DNA of 43,471 nucleotides. It comes from an uncultured Clostridia bacterium. GTDB taxonomy: Bacteria > Bacillota > Clostridia > Christensenellales > UBA1242. Below are positions 27,418 through 36,570 of this stretch, in pieces. Positions within the stretch are counted from its first letter, which is position 1; every line of letters starts with the position of its first letter. The position numbers were made by a program, and so were the translations under genes. The DNA is taken from NCBI GenBank assembly GCA_947630075.1, contig CANRGF010000003.1, forward strand, positions 1 through 43,471. Direction: 5' to 3'. The notes below the pieces were generated by a model. That model did no database searches and was not told the origin of the DNA. It saw nothing but the letters and a program-made list of their open reading frames with translations.

Positions 27418-28916
27418 TCTGTCTTGCGCTCGCCCACTTTTATTATTTTTTCACCTTTTAGTTTGCACACAGGGCAAATCACTTCTTTTTGTTCGTCCAA
27501 TTCAAACACTTCGCCACAGAGCGTGCATTTATATTGAAGCATTTTAACTGCTTTTTGAGTTTTGCCTGCCAAATCTTTAGAGCGATTTACAAAAGAAGTG
27601 TGAAGAAGAGCCTTTGCTCTTTCGCTTGCAAAGCCTTCCAAAAATTCGTCATACAGTGCCATAATTTGCGGATTTTTGTGAGCTGCCCGCACCTTTAATT
27701 GTTTGTCCCTTTCATAGAGCGAAGCAATGCGCTTTTCTTGATAGGTTTTTTCTTCTCCAATATGTTTAGGTTGCCCTCCTCCGCCAATGCATCCGCCTGG
27801 ACACGCCATAACTTCAACAAAATCGAATTTCTCGCCCTGCTTAATGCGTTCTATGAGTTTGCGAGCGTTGGCAAGGCCGGACACAACTGCCAATTTCAAC
27901 TTTTGATTTGCAATTTCAATTTCTGCCGTTTTAATTTCATTAAGCCCGCGCACCTCTTGAAAGTTTAAAAGCAGGCTTGAAGGAGTTTTTTTTGTGAGAT
28001 AAGAATAAGCAGTGCGCACAGAAGCCTCCATCACTCCGCCAGAGTTTCCAAAAATCACTCCCGCACCAGACGATTTGCCCAAAAACTTATCAAATTCACT
28101 GTCTGGCAAACTCTTTAAGTCTATCCCCTTTTCTTTCGCCCATTTTGCAAGTTCCACCGTGGTGATGCAAAAATCGAAATCTCGCATTGGCAAATTATTA
28201 AACTTTGCAGAAGCGTTAAACTCTTCCCTTCTTATTTCAAACTTTTTTGCCACACAAGGAGTGATTGTTACATTAACAATTTTGCTTGGGTCTATGCCAA
28301 GTTTGTTTGCAAAATAAGTTTTTATCACTGCACCAAACATAGATATTGGGCTTTTGCAAGAAGACAAATTGTCTTTCATCTCGGGATAAAATGTTTCTAA
28401 AAATTTCACCCACGATGGGCAACAACTTGTGAACATAGGAAGATGTTTTCCGCTCTTTATTCTTTCCACAAGTTCTGCCGCTTCTTCGCATATCGTTAAG
28501 TCTGCACCAAAGTTTGTGTCCAACACATAATTAAAGCCAAGTGAGCGCAACAAACTAACCATTTTGCCTTCAACGAACGAGCCTGCTGGCAAGCCAAATT
28601 CATCACCTAAACCAACTCTAATTGAAGGAGCGGTGGACACCACAAACACCTTGCTCTTATCCCCCAAAAGAGCCTCCACTTGACGATATTCATCTTTGCC
28701 CACAAGAGCACCCACAGGGCATTCTTTGATGCACTGACCACAATTTACGCACACGCTCTTGCCCGTTTTCATTAAATCATAATGATTGTTTACGCTCACA
28801 AAATTTGAACAGAGGGCAGCGCACTTTCCACACTTCACACACTTATTTTCTATCCTTTCAAGCGAAGGATTATCCTTTTCCACAGCAACGCGAATGCTTT
28901 GACTTAGATGATTCAT
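27414..28916 (-). CDS. monomeric [FeFe] hydrogenase with 2x[4Fe-4S] N-terminal domain and C-terminal rubredoxin-like domain
   Basis: CVKCGKC / CVNCGQCIKECP; H-cluster motifs TSCCPSW, TPCVAKKFE, EVMACPGGCIGGGGQ; C-terminal CTLC...CPVC. Confidence 0.92.
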   Translation of the reverse strand: MNHLSQSIRVAVEKDNPSLERIENKCVKCGKCAALCSNFVSVNNHYDLMKTGKSVCVNCGQCIKECPVGALVGKDEYRQVEALLGDKSKVFVVSTAPSIRVGLGDEFGLPAGSFVEGKMVSLLRSLGFNYVLDTNFGADLTICEEAAELVERIKSGKHLPMFTSCCPSWVKFLETFYPEMKDNLSSCKSPISMFGAVIKTYFANKLGIDPSKIVNVTITPCVAKKFEIRREEFNASAKFNNLPMRDFDFCITTVELAKWAKEKGIDLKSLPDSEFDKFLGKSSGAGVIFGNSGGVMEASVRTAYSYLTKKTPSSLLLNFQEVRGLNEIKTAEIEIANQKLKLAVVSGLANARKLIERIKQGEKFDFVEVMACPGGCIGGGGQPKHIGEEKTYQEKRIASLYERDKQLKVRAAHKNPQIMALYDEFLEGFASERAKALLHTSFVNRSKDLAGKTQKAVKMLQYKCTLCGEVFELDEQKEVICPVCKLKGEKIIKVGERKTD

Positions 28917-29039
28917 TATTACCTCTTTTGTGTTTTTTTGATTATAAAAAACTTGGCCGAGTTTTGTCAAGAATAATGCCTAATTTAATTATTCTAAACT
29001 TGACAAACTCAACTCAATGTTATAAAATAAAAAAGTTAA

Positions 29040-29125
29040 GCGGACATGGCGGAATGGCAGACGCGCTAGATTCAGGTTCTAGTGGTGGCAACACCGTGCA
29101 GGTTCAAGTCCTGTTGTCCGCACCA
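29040..29125 (+). tRNA. tRNA-Leu (anticodon CAG)
   Basis: Acceptor GCGGACA/TGTCCGC, anticodon arm CTAGA-TTCAGGT-TCTAG, long variable arm, GGTTCAAGTCC, encoded CCA; promoter TTGACA-17-TAAAAT. Confidence 0.97.
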
Positions 29126-29152
29126 TAAAAATTTAAAAAGAAGGGAGATAAA

Positions 29153-29638
29153 ATGATTTTAATTGAACAATATAGAGACCCTTGGTTGGCAGAAAAGTTT
29201 AACAGTTTTATTGGTTTTTATACCAGAGAATTTTTTTGCTTGGACAATTTTTCATCATTTGCTGTTGTGTATAAAGGGGTAAAATATCCAACCATAGAAC
29301 ATGCTTATCAATCATTAAAATTTGTTGAAACTGCCCCTGAAATTGCCAAAAAGATTTTAGAAAGTTTTTCGTCCTATGAGGCCCTTACAATTGCTCATGA
29401 AAATGTGGATAAGCAAAACCCAAATTGGGATAAAATAAAGGTGGGTATAATGGAAGAACTTTTGAGGCTAAAATTAGAGCAAAATCCTTATGTAAAGCGT
29501 AAATTGTTAGAAACAAAAGATTATATGCTTTGCGAAGATAGTCCTAAAGATAGTTTTTGGGGGATAGGCAAAAATCGAGATGGTCAAAACCAACTAGGCA
29601 AATTATGGATGAAGTTGCGCAGCGAATTGACACGCTAA
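29153..29638 (+). CDS. NADAR family (YbiA-like) protein
   Basis: LDNF, YPTIEHAYQS.KF, W..IK..IM..L..K..QN, EDSP.DSFWG.G...G.N.LGKLWM..R. Confidence 0.92.
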   Translation: MILIEQYRDPWLAEKFNSFIGFYTREFFCLDNFSSFAVVYKGVKYPTIEHAYQSLKFVETAPEIAKKILESFSSYEALTIAHENVDKQNPNWDKIKVGIMEELLRLKLEQNPYVKRKLLETKDYMLCEDSPKDSFWGIGKNRDGQNQLGKLWMKLRSELTR

Positions 29639-29754
29639 GATTGAAATATTGAATTGATATATTTTGATTGTTATGCAGAAAAATCAAAAACAACTTATGC
29701 AAAAAAATTCAAAATCAAAAGATTTATGTTGATAATATAAAAAGAGAGGATAAA

Positions 29755-30162
29755 ATGGAAATTACTTCACGCGGAAGATATGCAATGCTGATTATGGAAG
29801 ACATTGCCTTAAAAGAGGGTTTTGTTTCCATAAGCGAAATTTCCACGAAACACGGCATCTCAACTAAATATTTAGAAAAAATTATGACTATGCTTGTGAA
29901 GGCAAATCTTGTGAAAAGTGCGCGCGGCTCACTTGGCGGATACGCTCTAAGCAAACCTGCAAACCAAATCACAATAAAAGAAATTTTGGACGCCACCGGC
30001 GATGGCGCAAAAATTGTGGATTGCATTAGTACTGGCTGCTCGAACAAAGAAAATTGCCACACCTATGCAATTTGGAATACCTTGAAAGATTTGATTGAAA
30101 ATTATCTATCAGGCATAAGCCTTTTAGATTTAATTAAAAAATCTCAAACAAAAAAGGATTGA
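29755..30162 (+). CDS. Rrf2-family regulator (IscR-like, 3 Cys)
   Basis: ITSRGRYA, IS.KYLE.I, S.RG..GGY.L, C..C..C, W. Confidence 0.92.
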   Translation: MEITSRGRYAMLIMEDIALKEGFVSISEISTKHGISTKYLEKIMTMLVKANLVKSARGSLGGYALSKPANQITIKEILDATGDGAKIVDCISTGCSNKENCHTYAIWNTLKDLIENYLSGISLLDLIKKSQTKKD

Positions 30163-30302
30163 CTTTTTAATATAATAGTTTTCAACAAGTGAAAACTTGG
30201 TAAGTAGGTTTTGCCCACTTTTTATTTTGAAGAAATTAAATAAAGATTAATTTTGTGGTTTAATAAAAATATAATTGTCAAAGATTTTCATAGGAGGCAA
30301 AA

Positions 30303-30515
30303 ATGAAAAATGAAATCACCACAAAAGATTTAATGGCTCTAAATGAAATGATGACCTTTGAGAATTGGATGGCAACAAAAATGAAATTTTGCTCACAAGC
30401 CGTAACTGAAAAACCATTAAAAACAATGTTTACAGACATGGCACAAAAGCATTGCGAAAACCATTCTAAACTGCTTGCGTATTTAAAGGCGAACGCGAGC
30501 GAAGGGGGCAAGTGA
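30303..30515 (+). CDS. small spore coat-associated protein (CotF-like helical pair)
   Basis: E....KM......LK..F...AQKH.....LL.YL; SD AGGAGG; coupled to a Coat F gene. Confidence 0.6.
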   Translation: MKNEITTKDLMALNEMMTFENWMATKMKFCSQAVTEKPLKTMFTDMAQKHCENHSKLLAYLKANASEGGK

Positions 30516-30802
30516 TGGAATTCAACACCCAAAACACTTTGCAAGACGCATTGATTGCTCACAAATATCTAATCAATATGTATTGCCAATATGGAATTGA
30601 AACATCGAATGAAACTCTTCGCACACTTTTTGAAGAGAACCAAAAAGTTGCCAGCGCACATGATTTGAAACTTTTCAAAATCATGAACGACAAGGGGTTT
30701 TACCCTAAATCTCCCGCCGCCGCAAAAGATGTGAAGCAAGCACTCAAAATGCACACCCAAATGCAGCAAGACTTGGAAAAGAATTTAAAGACAACAAAAT
30801 AA
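30512..30802 (+). CDS. Coat F domain spore coat protein
   Basis: D.L...K.....Y.....E.SN..LR..F......H...F..M..KGFY. Confidence 0.75.
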   Translation: MMEFNTQNTLQDALIAHKYLINMYCQYGIETSNETLRTLFEENQKVASAHDLKLFKIMNDKGFYPKSPAAAKDVKQALKMHTQMQQDLEKNLKTTK

Positions 30803-31214
30803 GGCGCAACGCGCCTTATTTTAAATTTCTTTTGTAAATTAGTGTTAATTCACAAAAATAAAAAGTAAAGAAAAATAATAATAAACATTAAAATAATATT
30901 TTATTAATTTTTTAATTAATTTTTTAAAATTTATTTAATAAAAATTAAATTTTTCATGAATTTTTATCACTAAAAATAATTATACAATAATTATAAATTA
31001 ATTAATAATTAATTATTAATCCGTTTTTTATATAGTTTTTATTTTATTTTATAATTATTAAAACATTTTAATTTAATTTTTAAATTTTCTTTTAAATTCT
31101 GATGAATTTTAATATATTTTTGGCAAATTTTTAATAAATTTATGATTTTTTAAATTTTTTATTTATTTTTTTATTTTATTTGGTTATTTATTGGTTTTGT
31201 GATATAATTTGAAC

Positions 31215-31901
31215 ATGAAAGTTAGAATTTATATTTATGTGTTTTTTGGGTTGCTTTGTGCTCTTGGAATAGGGTTATATTTAGCAAATCCAAATTTGGC
31301 AATTTTTCAAGTGTTTATGAGTTTTGGTGCAAGCCTTATCGGTGCAATATTTATTGCTGTTGTGCTCGAATCAATCTCTTCAAGTAAGCAGAGAAAAAAT
31401 GTGCTTTCCATTCAAAAACAAATGTTGGCTTCAAGCAAGGAAGCCTTTAAGTCATTTTATCTATGGCTTGGCAATTATTTGGTGAGAAAATTTTCAATCA
31501 CTTCATTTGATTATTCAAACTTTAGTTCTGGTGAAGAGTTTTATAAAAAACTTTTTGAAGAATGTGCCCGCTCTGAAAAAGAAGTGAACTTGGAAAATAT
31601 TGTTGAGTTTGTGTCAAACAAAGCCTCTCAACTCTCCATGCCGATTGACAGCCTTAATCGCACCATCAATGAAGAGATTGCCACGCTTATCACAAATGCG
31701 GTGGTTGACGAAGATGATGTGAAGTTCTTTAACGATTTAAAGAGCTTGGTTTTAGACATTCAGTCGAGCGAAAGTTTTGACGAACTTTCAACCGATGTGG
31801 TTGCTCTTTTAGAAAAAATTAATTCAAAGCAATCGCTAAAACTTGAGCTAAATGAATTGCTGACTGATAGGCTTAAAAGAAAATTTTCAACGGGCGAATA
31901 A
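31215..31901 (+). CDS. hypothetical membrane protein (2 N-terminal TM helices)
   Basis: Hydrophobic N-terminus, helical soluble C-terminus; ATG 6 nt after TGaTATAAT. Confidence 0.7.
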   Translation: MKVRIYIYVFFGLLCALGIGLYLANPNLAIFQVFMSFGASLIGAIFIAVVLESISSSKQRKNVLSIQKQMLASSKEAFKSFYLWLGNYLVRKFSITSFDYSNFSSGEEFYKKLFEECARSEKEVNLENIVEFVSNKASQLSMPIDSLNRTINEEIATLITNAVVDEDDVKFFNDLKSLVLDIQSSESFDELSTDVVALLEKINSKQSLKLELNELLTDRLKRKFSTGE

Positions 31902-31972
31902 AACCGCCCTTTTTTATCTAAATAGATTTGAAAAATTTTCATTATGTGATAGAATATTCAAAAGGATTTGAT

Positions 31973-33286
31973 ATGGAATTTGAAACGATTGTGGCTTTGG
32001 CAACGCCTGCTGGAAATAACGGCGTGGCAGTGATAAGAATTAGCGGGCCAAAAGCCAAGACTATTGCTCAAAAGTTGATTAAAGAAAAATTAAATTTTGA
32101 GCCTAGAAAGATGTATTTAAAAAAGATTGATTTAAAAAGTTTCACAGACAACGCTTTGATTGTGTTTTTTGAAAAGCCTTTTAGTTTTACAGGTGAAGAT
32201 GTGGTGGAAGTGCAAGCTCATGGCGGATATTTTCTTGCCCAAACAATTATTGATTGCATAATTTCTCTTGGTGCGCGCTTGGCAACACCCGGAGAATTTT
32301 CAAAGCGCGCCTTTTTGAATGGAAAAATTTCGTTAGATGAGGCGGAAGGAATTGTGGATATGATTAACGCCGAAACGCAAATGCAGGCAAAGGCGAGCAG
32401 CGAATTATTACAGGGCAAACTTAAAGACAACATCCAAGCAAAACAAACTGTTTTAACGGACATCTTGGCAGAAGTTGAGGCAAGGCTTGACTATCCTGAA
32501 TATGAATTTTCAAACTTAGAAACTGCAAACTTTTTAGAGAAAATAAAGCATCTTGAAGGCGAACTGACCGCCCTTATTTTAGATAGCCAAAAGGGGCTGA
32601 TAATTAAAAACGGCGTGAAAATTGCCATTGTGGGCGCACCAAATGTGGGCAAATCTAGCCTACTTAACGCACTAACAAAAAGCGAAAAAGCGATTGTAAC
32701 CGACATCGCGGGAACAACGCGAGATGTGATTGAAGCGGAATATCTATTTAACGGAATTGTGTTTAGATTATTTGACACGGCGGGTATTCACAGCAGCAAA
32801 GACAAAGTGGAAAAAATTGGCATTTCACGTGCAATTAAAACCATTGATGAATGCGACCTTGTGTTGCGCCTCAGCGAGCCAAATGCTCCATGCAAGGTGA
32901 AAACAACAAAACCACATATTGACGTGTTAAACAAAATTGATTTAACGAAAGGAAAAGAAACAAAAACTAAAGGCTCAGACACAATTTCAATTTCTGCCAA
33001 AACGGGTGAAAAAGTGGAAGATTTAAAGCAGTTAATTTTTGATAAAACAATCAAATCTAATATAGACCAAAATAAATTTTATCTCACAAACACTCGCCAT
33101 ATTGAGTGCATTAAATCTGCATTGGCGCATTTAAAAAAGGCAATCAAAATTTTCAACTCCACCACTATGGACATTATTTCTGCTGAACTAAAAGCGGCGT
33201 GGAGCGATTTGGGAGAAGTTACCGGCACAACGGCAAACGAGGATATTATAGACAAAATTTTTTCAAAGTTTTGCTTGGGCAAATAG
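31973..33286 (+). CDS. mnmE: tRNA modification GTPase MnmE/TrmE
   Basis: TIVALATP, SFTGEDVVE..HGG, GEFSKRAFLNGK, GAPNVGKSS, GTTRD, DTAG, NKID, FCLGK. Confidence 0.97.
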   Translation: MEFETIVALATPAGNNGVAVIRISGPKAKTIAQKLIKEKLNFEPRKMYLKKIDLKSFTDNALIVFFEKPFSFTGEDVVEVQAHGGYFLAQTIIDCIISLGARLATPGEFSKRAFLNGKISLDEAEGIVDMINAETQMQAKASSELLQGKLKDNIQAKQTVLTDILAEVEARLDYPEYEFSNLETANFLEKIKHLEGELTALILDSQKGLIIKNGVKIAIVGAPNVGKSSLLNALTKSEKAIVTDIAGTTRDVIEAEYLFNGIVFRLFDTAGIHSSKDKVEKIGISRAIKTIDECDLVLRLSEPNAPCKVKTTKPHIDVLNKIDLTKGKETKTKGSDTISISAKTGEKVEDLKQLIFDKTIKSNIDQNKFYLTNTRHIECIKSALAHLKKAIKIFNSTTMDIISAELKAAWSDLGEVTGTTANEDIIDKIFSKFCLGK

Positions 33287-34183
33287 CTATAATTTATTTA
33301 TCTCTGCCCTAATTTGCTTAGCCAACATTTCCAGCTCTTCTTTCATCACAGAAGCACCTGCGGTTATGCCAATTTTTATGTTTTTATTTAGCACGACACC
33401 GTGCTTTTTTAATTCGCTCCGCCAGGTGGAAACATCTTCAAAAAATATCGTTTTGGTGATGGGTTGCAAAGCTTTATAAAGTTCAACCGAATTGCTCGAA
33501 TGATTGCTGCCAATCACTATCATTAAATCACAATTTGAGGCAAGTGTGCGCGAACTTTTATTTATCTCACGCTGAGCCAAACATATTGATTTGTTTATTT
33601 CTAGCGAGCATGAGTTTTGCTCGGCAATTTTTGAAATTTGTTCAATCAATTTGTCTGCCAAATCAGAGTTGAAAGTGGTTTGAAAAATTAGATATAATTT
33701 TTTGTGTTTTATCGCTTTTAATTTGTCTAAATCTGCTTCGTCTTCAATTAAAACGGGCGGGTGGGCGCACCAACCAATCGTGCCCTCAATCTCTGGGTGC
33801 ATTTTGCCCGAAAATTTGCCATATTTGCCCACCAAAATTATAGTGTGAGTTTTGCTAAAATTTGCCACACACTCATGAATTTTTTGCACGTTCACACATG
33901 AGCAGTCTTTAAACTTGATATTGTGCTCATTTAGATATTTATAAGTGGCGGGCGTCTCGCCATGGGCACGCAAAATTACAAAATCTTCACTCGACAAATC
34001 GCTCAAATTGTTTTTGATTTTCACACCTTTGCTTTCTAGCATTTTGTTCACGGCGGCATTGTGCACCACCTCTTTAAATAAAGTGGCCTTGCCATAAGAT
34101 TTAAGGCTATCTAAGGCGGAATTAATTGCCAACTTGCACCCGCCACACAAACCACAAACTGATGAAATTTTCACATTTTCCAT
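33287..34183 (-). CDS. ispH: 4-hydroxy-3-methylbut-2-enyl diphosphate reductase
   Basis: GLCGG, VHN, RAHG, D.SC..V, HPE..G, QTT, IC, SSNS, TAGAS. Confidence 0.9.
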   Translation of the reverse strand: MENVKISSVCGLCGGCKLAINSALDSLKSYGKATLFKEVVHNAAVNKMLESKGVKIKNNLSDLSSEDFVILRAHGETPATYKYLNEHNIKFKDCSCVNVQKIHECVANFSKTHTIILVGKYGKFSGKMHPEIEGTIGWCAHPPVLIEDEADLDKLKAIKHKKLYLIFQTTFNSDLADKLIEQISKIAEQNSCSLEINKSICLAQREINKSSRTLASNCDLMIVIGSNHSSNSVELYKALQPITKTIFFEDVSTWRSELKKHGVVLNKNIKIGITAGASVMKEELEMLAKQIRAEINKL

Positions 34184-34218
34184 GTTAATATTATAGCATA
34201 TAAAATGAAATTTTGCGA

Positions 34219-34557
34219 TTAAGAATTATAATCAAAAGGAATTTTATTTTTCTTTTCGCCAAGCAAATTTAAAATATATCCATTTTCCGCCTTGCACCAC
34301 CAATGTGGGTCTTGCTTTGGGATGTCTAATAAAATTTGTTCGTCCGTTATTTTGCTTTCCTCAATTAATTCTAAGTCTTCAATTTTTATCACGGCAAATC
34401 TATCATCTTCAATAAAATTAGGGTCAATGAAAACAACTAAAAATGAACTATCTCTAATTTCTGGCTGAATTATCCTGCCAATTTCATTTGTTTTTACATC
34501 ATATTTTAAATAATTTTTTTCATCTCCAATAAATTTAACTTTGTCAAAATATTTCAT
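34219..34557 (-). CDS. hypothetical protein
   Basis: 112-aa ORF with promoter TTGAAA-17-TAATAT directly upstream. Confidence 0.65.
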   Translation of the reverse strand: MKYFDKVKFIGDEKNYLKYDVKTNEIGRIIQPEIRDSSFLVVFIDPNFIEDDRFAVIKIEDLELIEESKITDEQILLDIPKQDPHWWCKAENGYILNLLGEKKNKIPFDYNS

Positions 34558-34641
34558 GTTTTAATATTAGCAGATATTTTAAAATTTTTCAAATTTAATT
34601 AAATCTATTGAAAAATGCGGGTTTTGTGATATAATATTTTT

Positions 34642-36504
34642 ATGAAAGGTGAAGTGGAGCATTTTGATGCGGTGGTGATTGGCAGCGGGCATGCGGGAAG
34701 TGAAGCCTGCCTTGCTCTTTCACGCCTGGGCAAAAAAACTCTCTTAACCACTTTGAATTTGGATAGCATTGCATTCCTTGCCTGCAACCCTAGCATTGGA
34801 GGCACGGCAAAGGGTCAACTTGCGGGTGAAGTGGACGCTCTTGGTGGCGAGATGGGCATAAATGCAGATAAATCTATGCTTCAACTAAGAATGCTCAATT
34901 CGGGCAAAGGTCCAGCCGTGCAATCGCTGCGCGCACAGGTGGACAAGGTGGTTTATCACAACGAGATGAAGCGCACACTTGAAAGGCAAAAAAATTTGGA
35001 TATTTTGCAGTGCGAGGTGGCGGAAATTTTGACCGAAAAAGGGCGTGTGGTGGGCGTTAAAACTGACATGGGTGAAATCTTTGGCTGCGAAGCGGTGGTG
35101 GTGGCAACGGGCGTATATCTCAACAGCAAAATCATAATTGGAGACTACACCAAATTCACCGGTCCAAATGGTTATGAGCCTAGCACTAGGCTAACTAAGT
35201 CTTTAATGGATTTAGGGTTTGAAATTCGCCGCTTCAAAACGGGCACTCCTGCGAGAGTGGACGGAAAATCGATTGATTACACTAAATTTGAAGTTCAGCT
35301 GGGAGATGCACTCAATTTAAGTTTTTCCGCACTCAATAAAAAGGTGAAAAACACGCGCAAATGCTATTTGGGATACACAAGCGAAGCAATGCACAATTTG
35401 ATTAGGGAAAACATTAGCCGCGCTCCGCTCTATTCGGGCAAAATTAATGGCATAGGGCCGCGCTATTGCCCTAGCATTGAAGATAAAATTATGCGCTTTG
35501 CGGATAAAGACCGCCACCAACTATTTTTAGAGCCAGAGAGCGCAGGGACGGACGAAGTTTACGTGCAAGGCATTTCGAGCAGTATGCCGAGCGACATACA
35601 GCGAAAGATGTATCGCCTCATTCCAGGCTTTGAGCAGGTGAAGATAATGCGCTTTGCCTACGCTATTGAATATGATTGCATAAACGCACTCGAGTTGAAA
35701 AACAACTTGGAGAGCAAGCGAATTGCTGGGCTTTTCTTTGCCGGGCAGATTAATGGCACAAGCGGATATGAAGAAGCCGCTGCGCAAGGAATTATGGCGG
35801 GCATAAACGCTGAGAGATATATTGACAAAATGCCGCCTTTCATTTTGGGGCGCGACCAAGCATATATTGGCGTGTTGATTGACGATTTAACCACTAAAGA
35901 TATTATTGAGCCTTATCGCATGATGACCTCACGCGCCGAGCATCGCCTAATTTTAAGGCAGGATAATTGCGACATACGCTTGACAGAATTGGGGCACCTG
36001 ATTGGGCTTGTGGACGGCAAGCGATATAAGATTTTTAAAAATAAATTGGCACAAATAAGCGAGGTTAATGCCACTCTTCAAACCATGAAAAACCCTAAGC
36101 AATTGAAACCACTATTTGATGAAAAGGGCGAGCGCATTAGCCAAAACGGGCTAACACTACGCGACGCAATTAAGCGAAACAATATTACGATTTTTGACAT
36201 TAAAAAGCATTTTAATCTGTTTGAAAATGTGCCGGACAATGTGCTTGAATATGTGAACACAGAAATTAAATATGAGGGCTATATTAAGCAAGAAAATGAA
36301 CAGATTGCCCGTGCTCGCCAGAGCGAAAACATCAGTTTGCCAGACATTGATTATTCACAGATTTCAGGGCTAAGGATTGAGGCTCGCCAAAAATTAAACA
36401 AATTTAAACCCGCCACCCTAGGTCAAGCAAAAAGAATCGATGGCGTTAGTCCTAGCGACATAAATGTGCTACTCGTTTATCTAAAAATGAAAGGGATAAT
36501 TTAG
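34642..36504 (+). CDS. mnmG: tRNA uridine-5-carboxymethylaminomethyl modification enzyme MnmG/GidA
   Basis: GSGHAG.EA, CNPSIGG.AKG, KTGTPAR, GPRYCPSIEDK, AGQINGTSGYEEAAAQG, EPYRM.TSRAE. Confidence 0.98.
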   Translation: MKGEVEHFDAVVIGSGHAGSEACLALSRLGKKTLLTTLNLDSIAFLACNPSIGGTAKGQLAGEVDALGGEMGINADKSMLQLRMLNSGKGPAVQSLRAQVDKVVYHNEMKRTLERQKNLDILQCEVAEILTEKGRVVGVKTDMGEIFGCEAVVVATGVYLNSKIIIGDYTKFTGPNGYEPSTRLTKSLMDLGFEIRRFKTGTPARVDGKSIDYTKFEVQLGDALNLSFSALNKKVKNTRKCYLGYTSEAMHNLIRENISRAPLYSGKINGIGPRYCPSIEDKIMRFADKDRHQLFLEPESAGTDEVYVQGISSSMPSDIQRKMYRLIPGFEQVKIMRFAYAIEYDCINALELKNNLESKRIAGLFFAGQINGTSGYEEAAAQGIMAGINAERYIDKMPPFILGRDQAYIGVLIDDLTTKDIIEPYRMMTSRAEHRLILRQDNCDIRLTELGHLIGLVDGKRYKIFKNKLAQISEVNATLQTMKNPKQLKPLFDEKGERISQNGLTLRDAIKRNNITIFDIKKHFNLFENVPDNVLEYVNTEIKYEGYIKQENEQIARARQSENISLPDIDYSQISGLRIEARQKLNKFKPATLGQAKRIDGVSPSDINVLLVYLKMKGII

Positions 36505-36570
36505 TTTTTAAGCCAAATAAAATTATTGACTTTAACTTTCAAAGTGATATAATAAATATAGAGGGTTAAG

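Noticed and set aside
29040-29700. Genomic island integrated at tRNA-Leu
   Set aside because: No integrase, and I saw no duplicated tRNA 3' end in the window.
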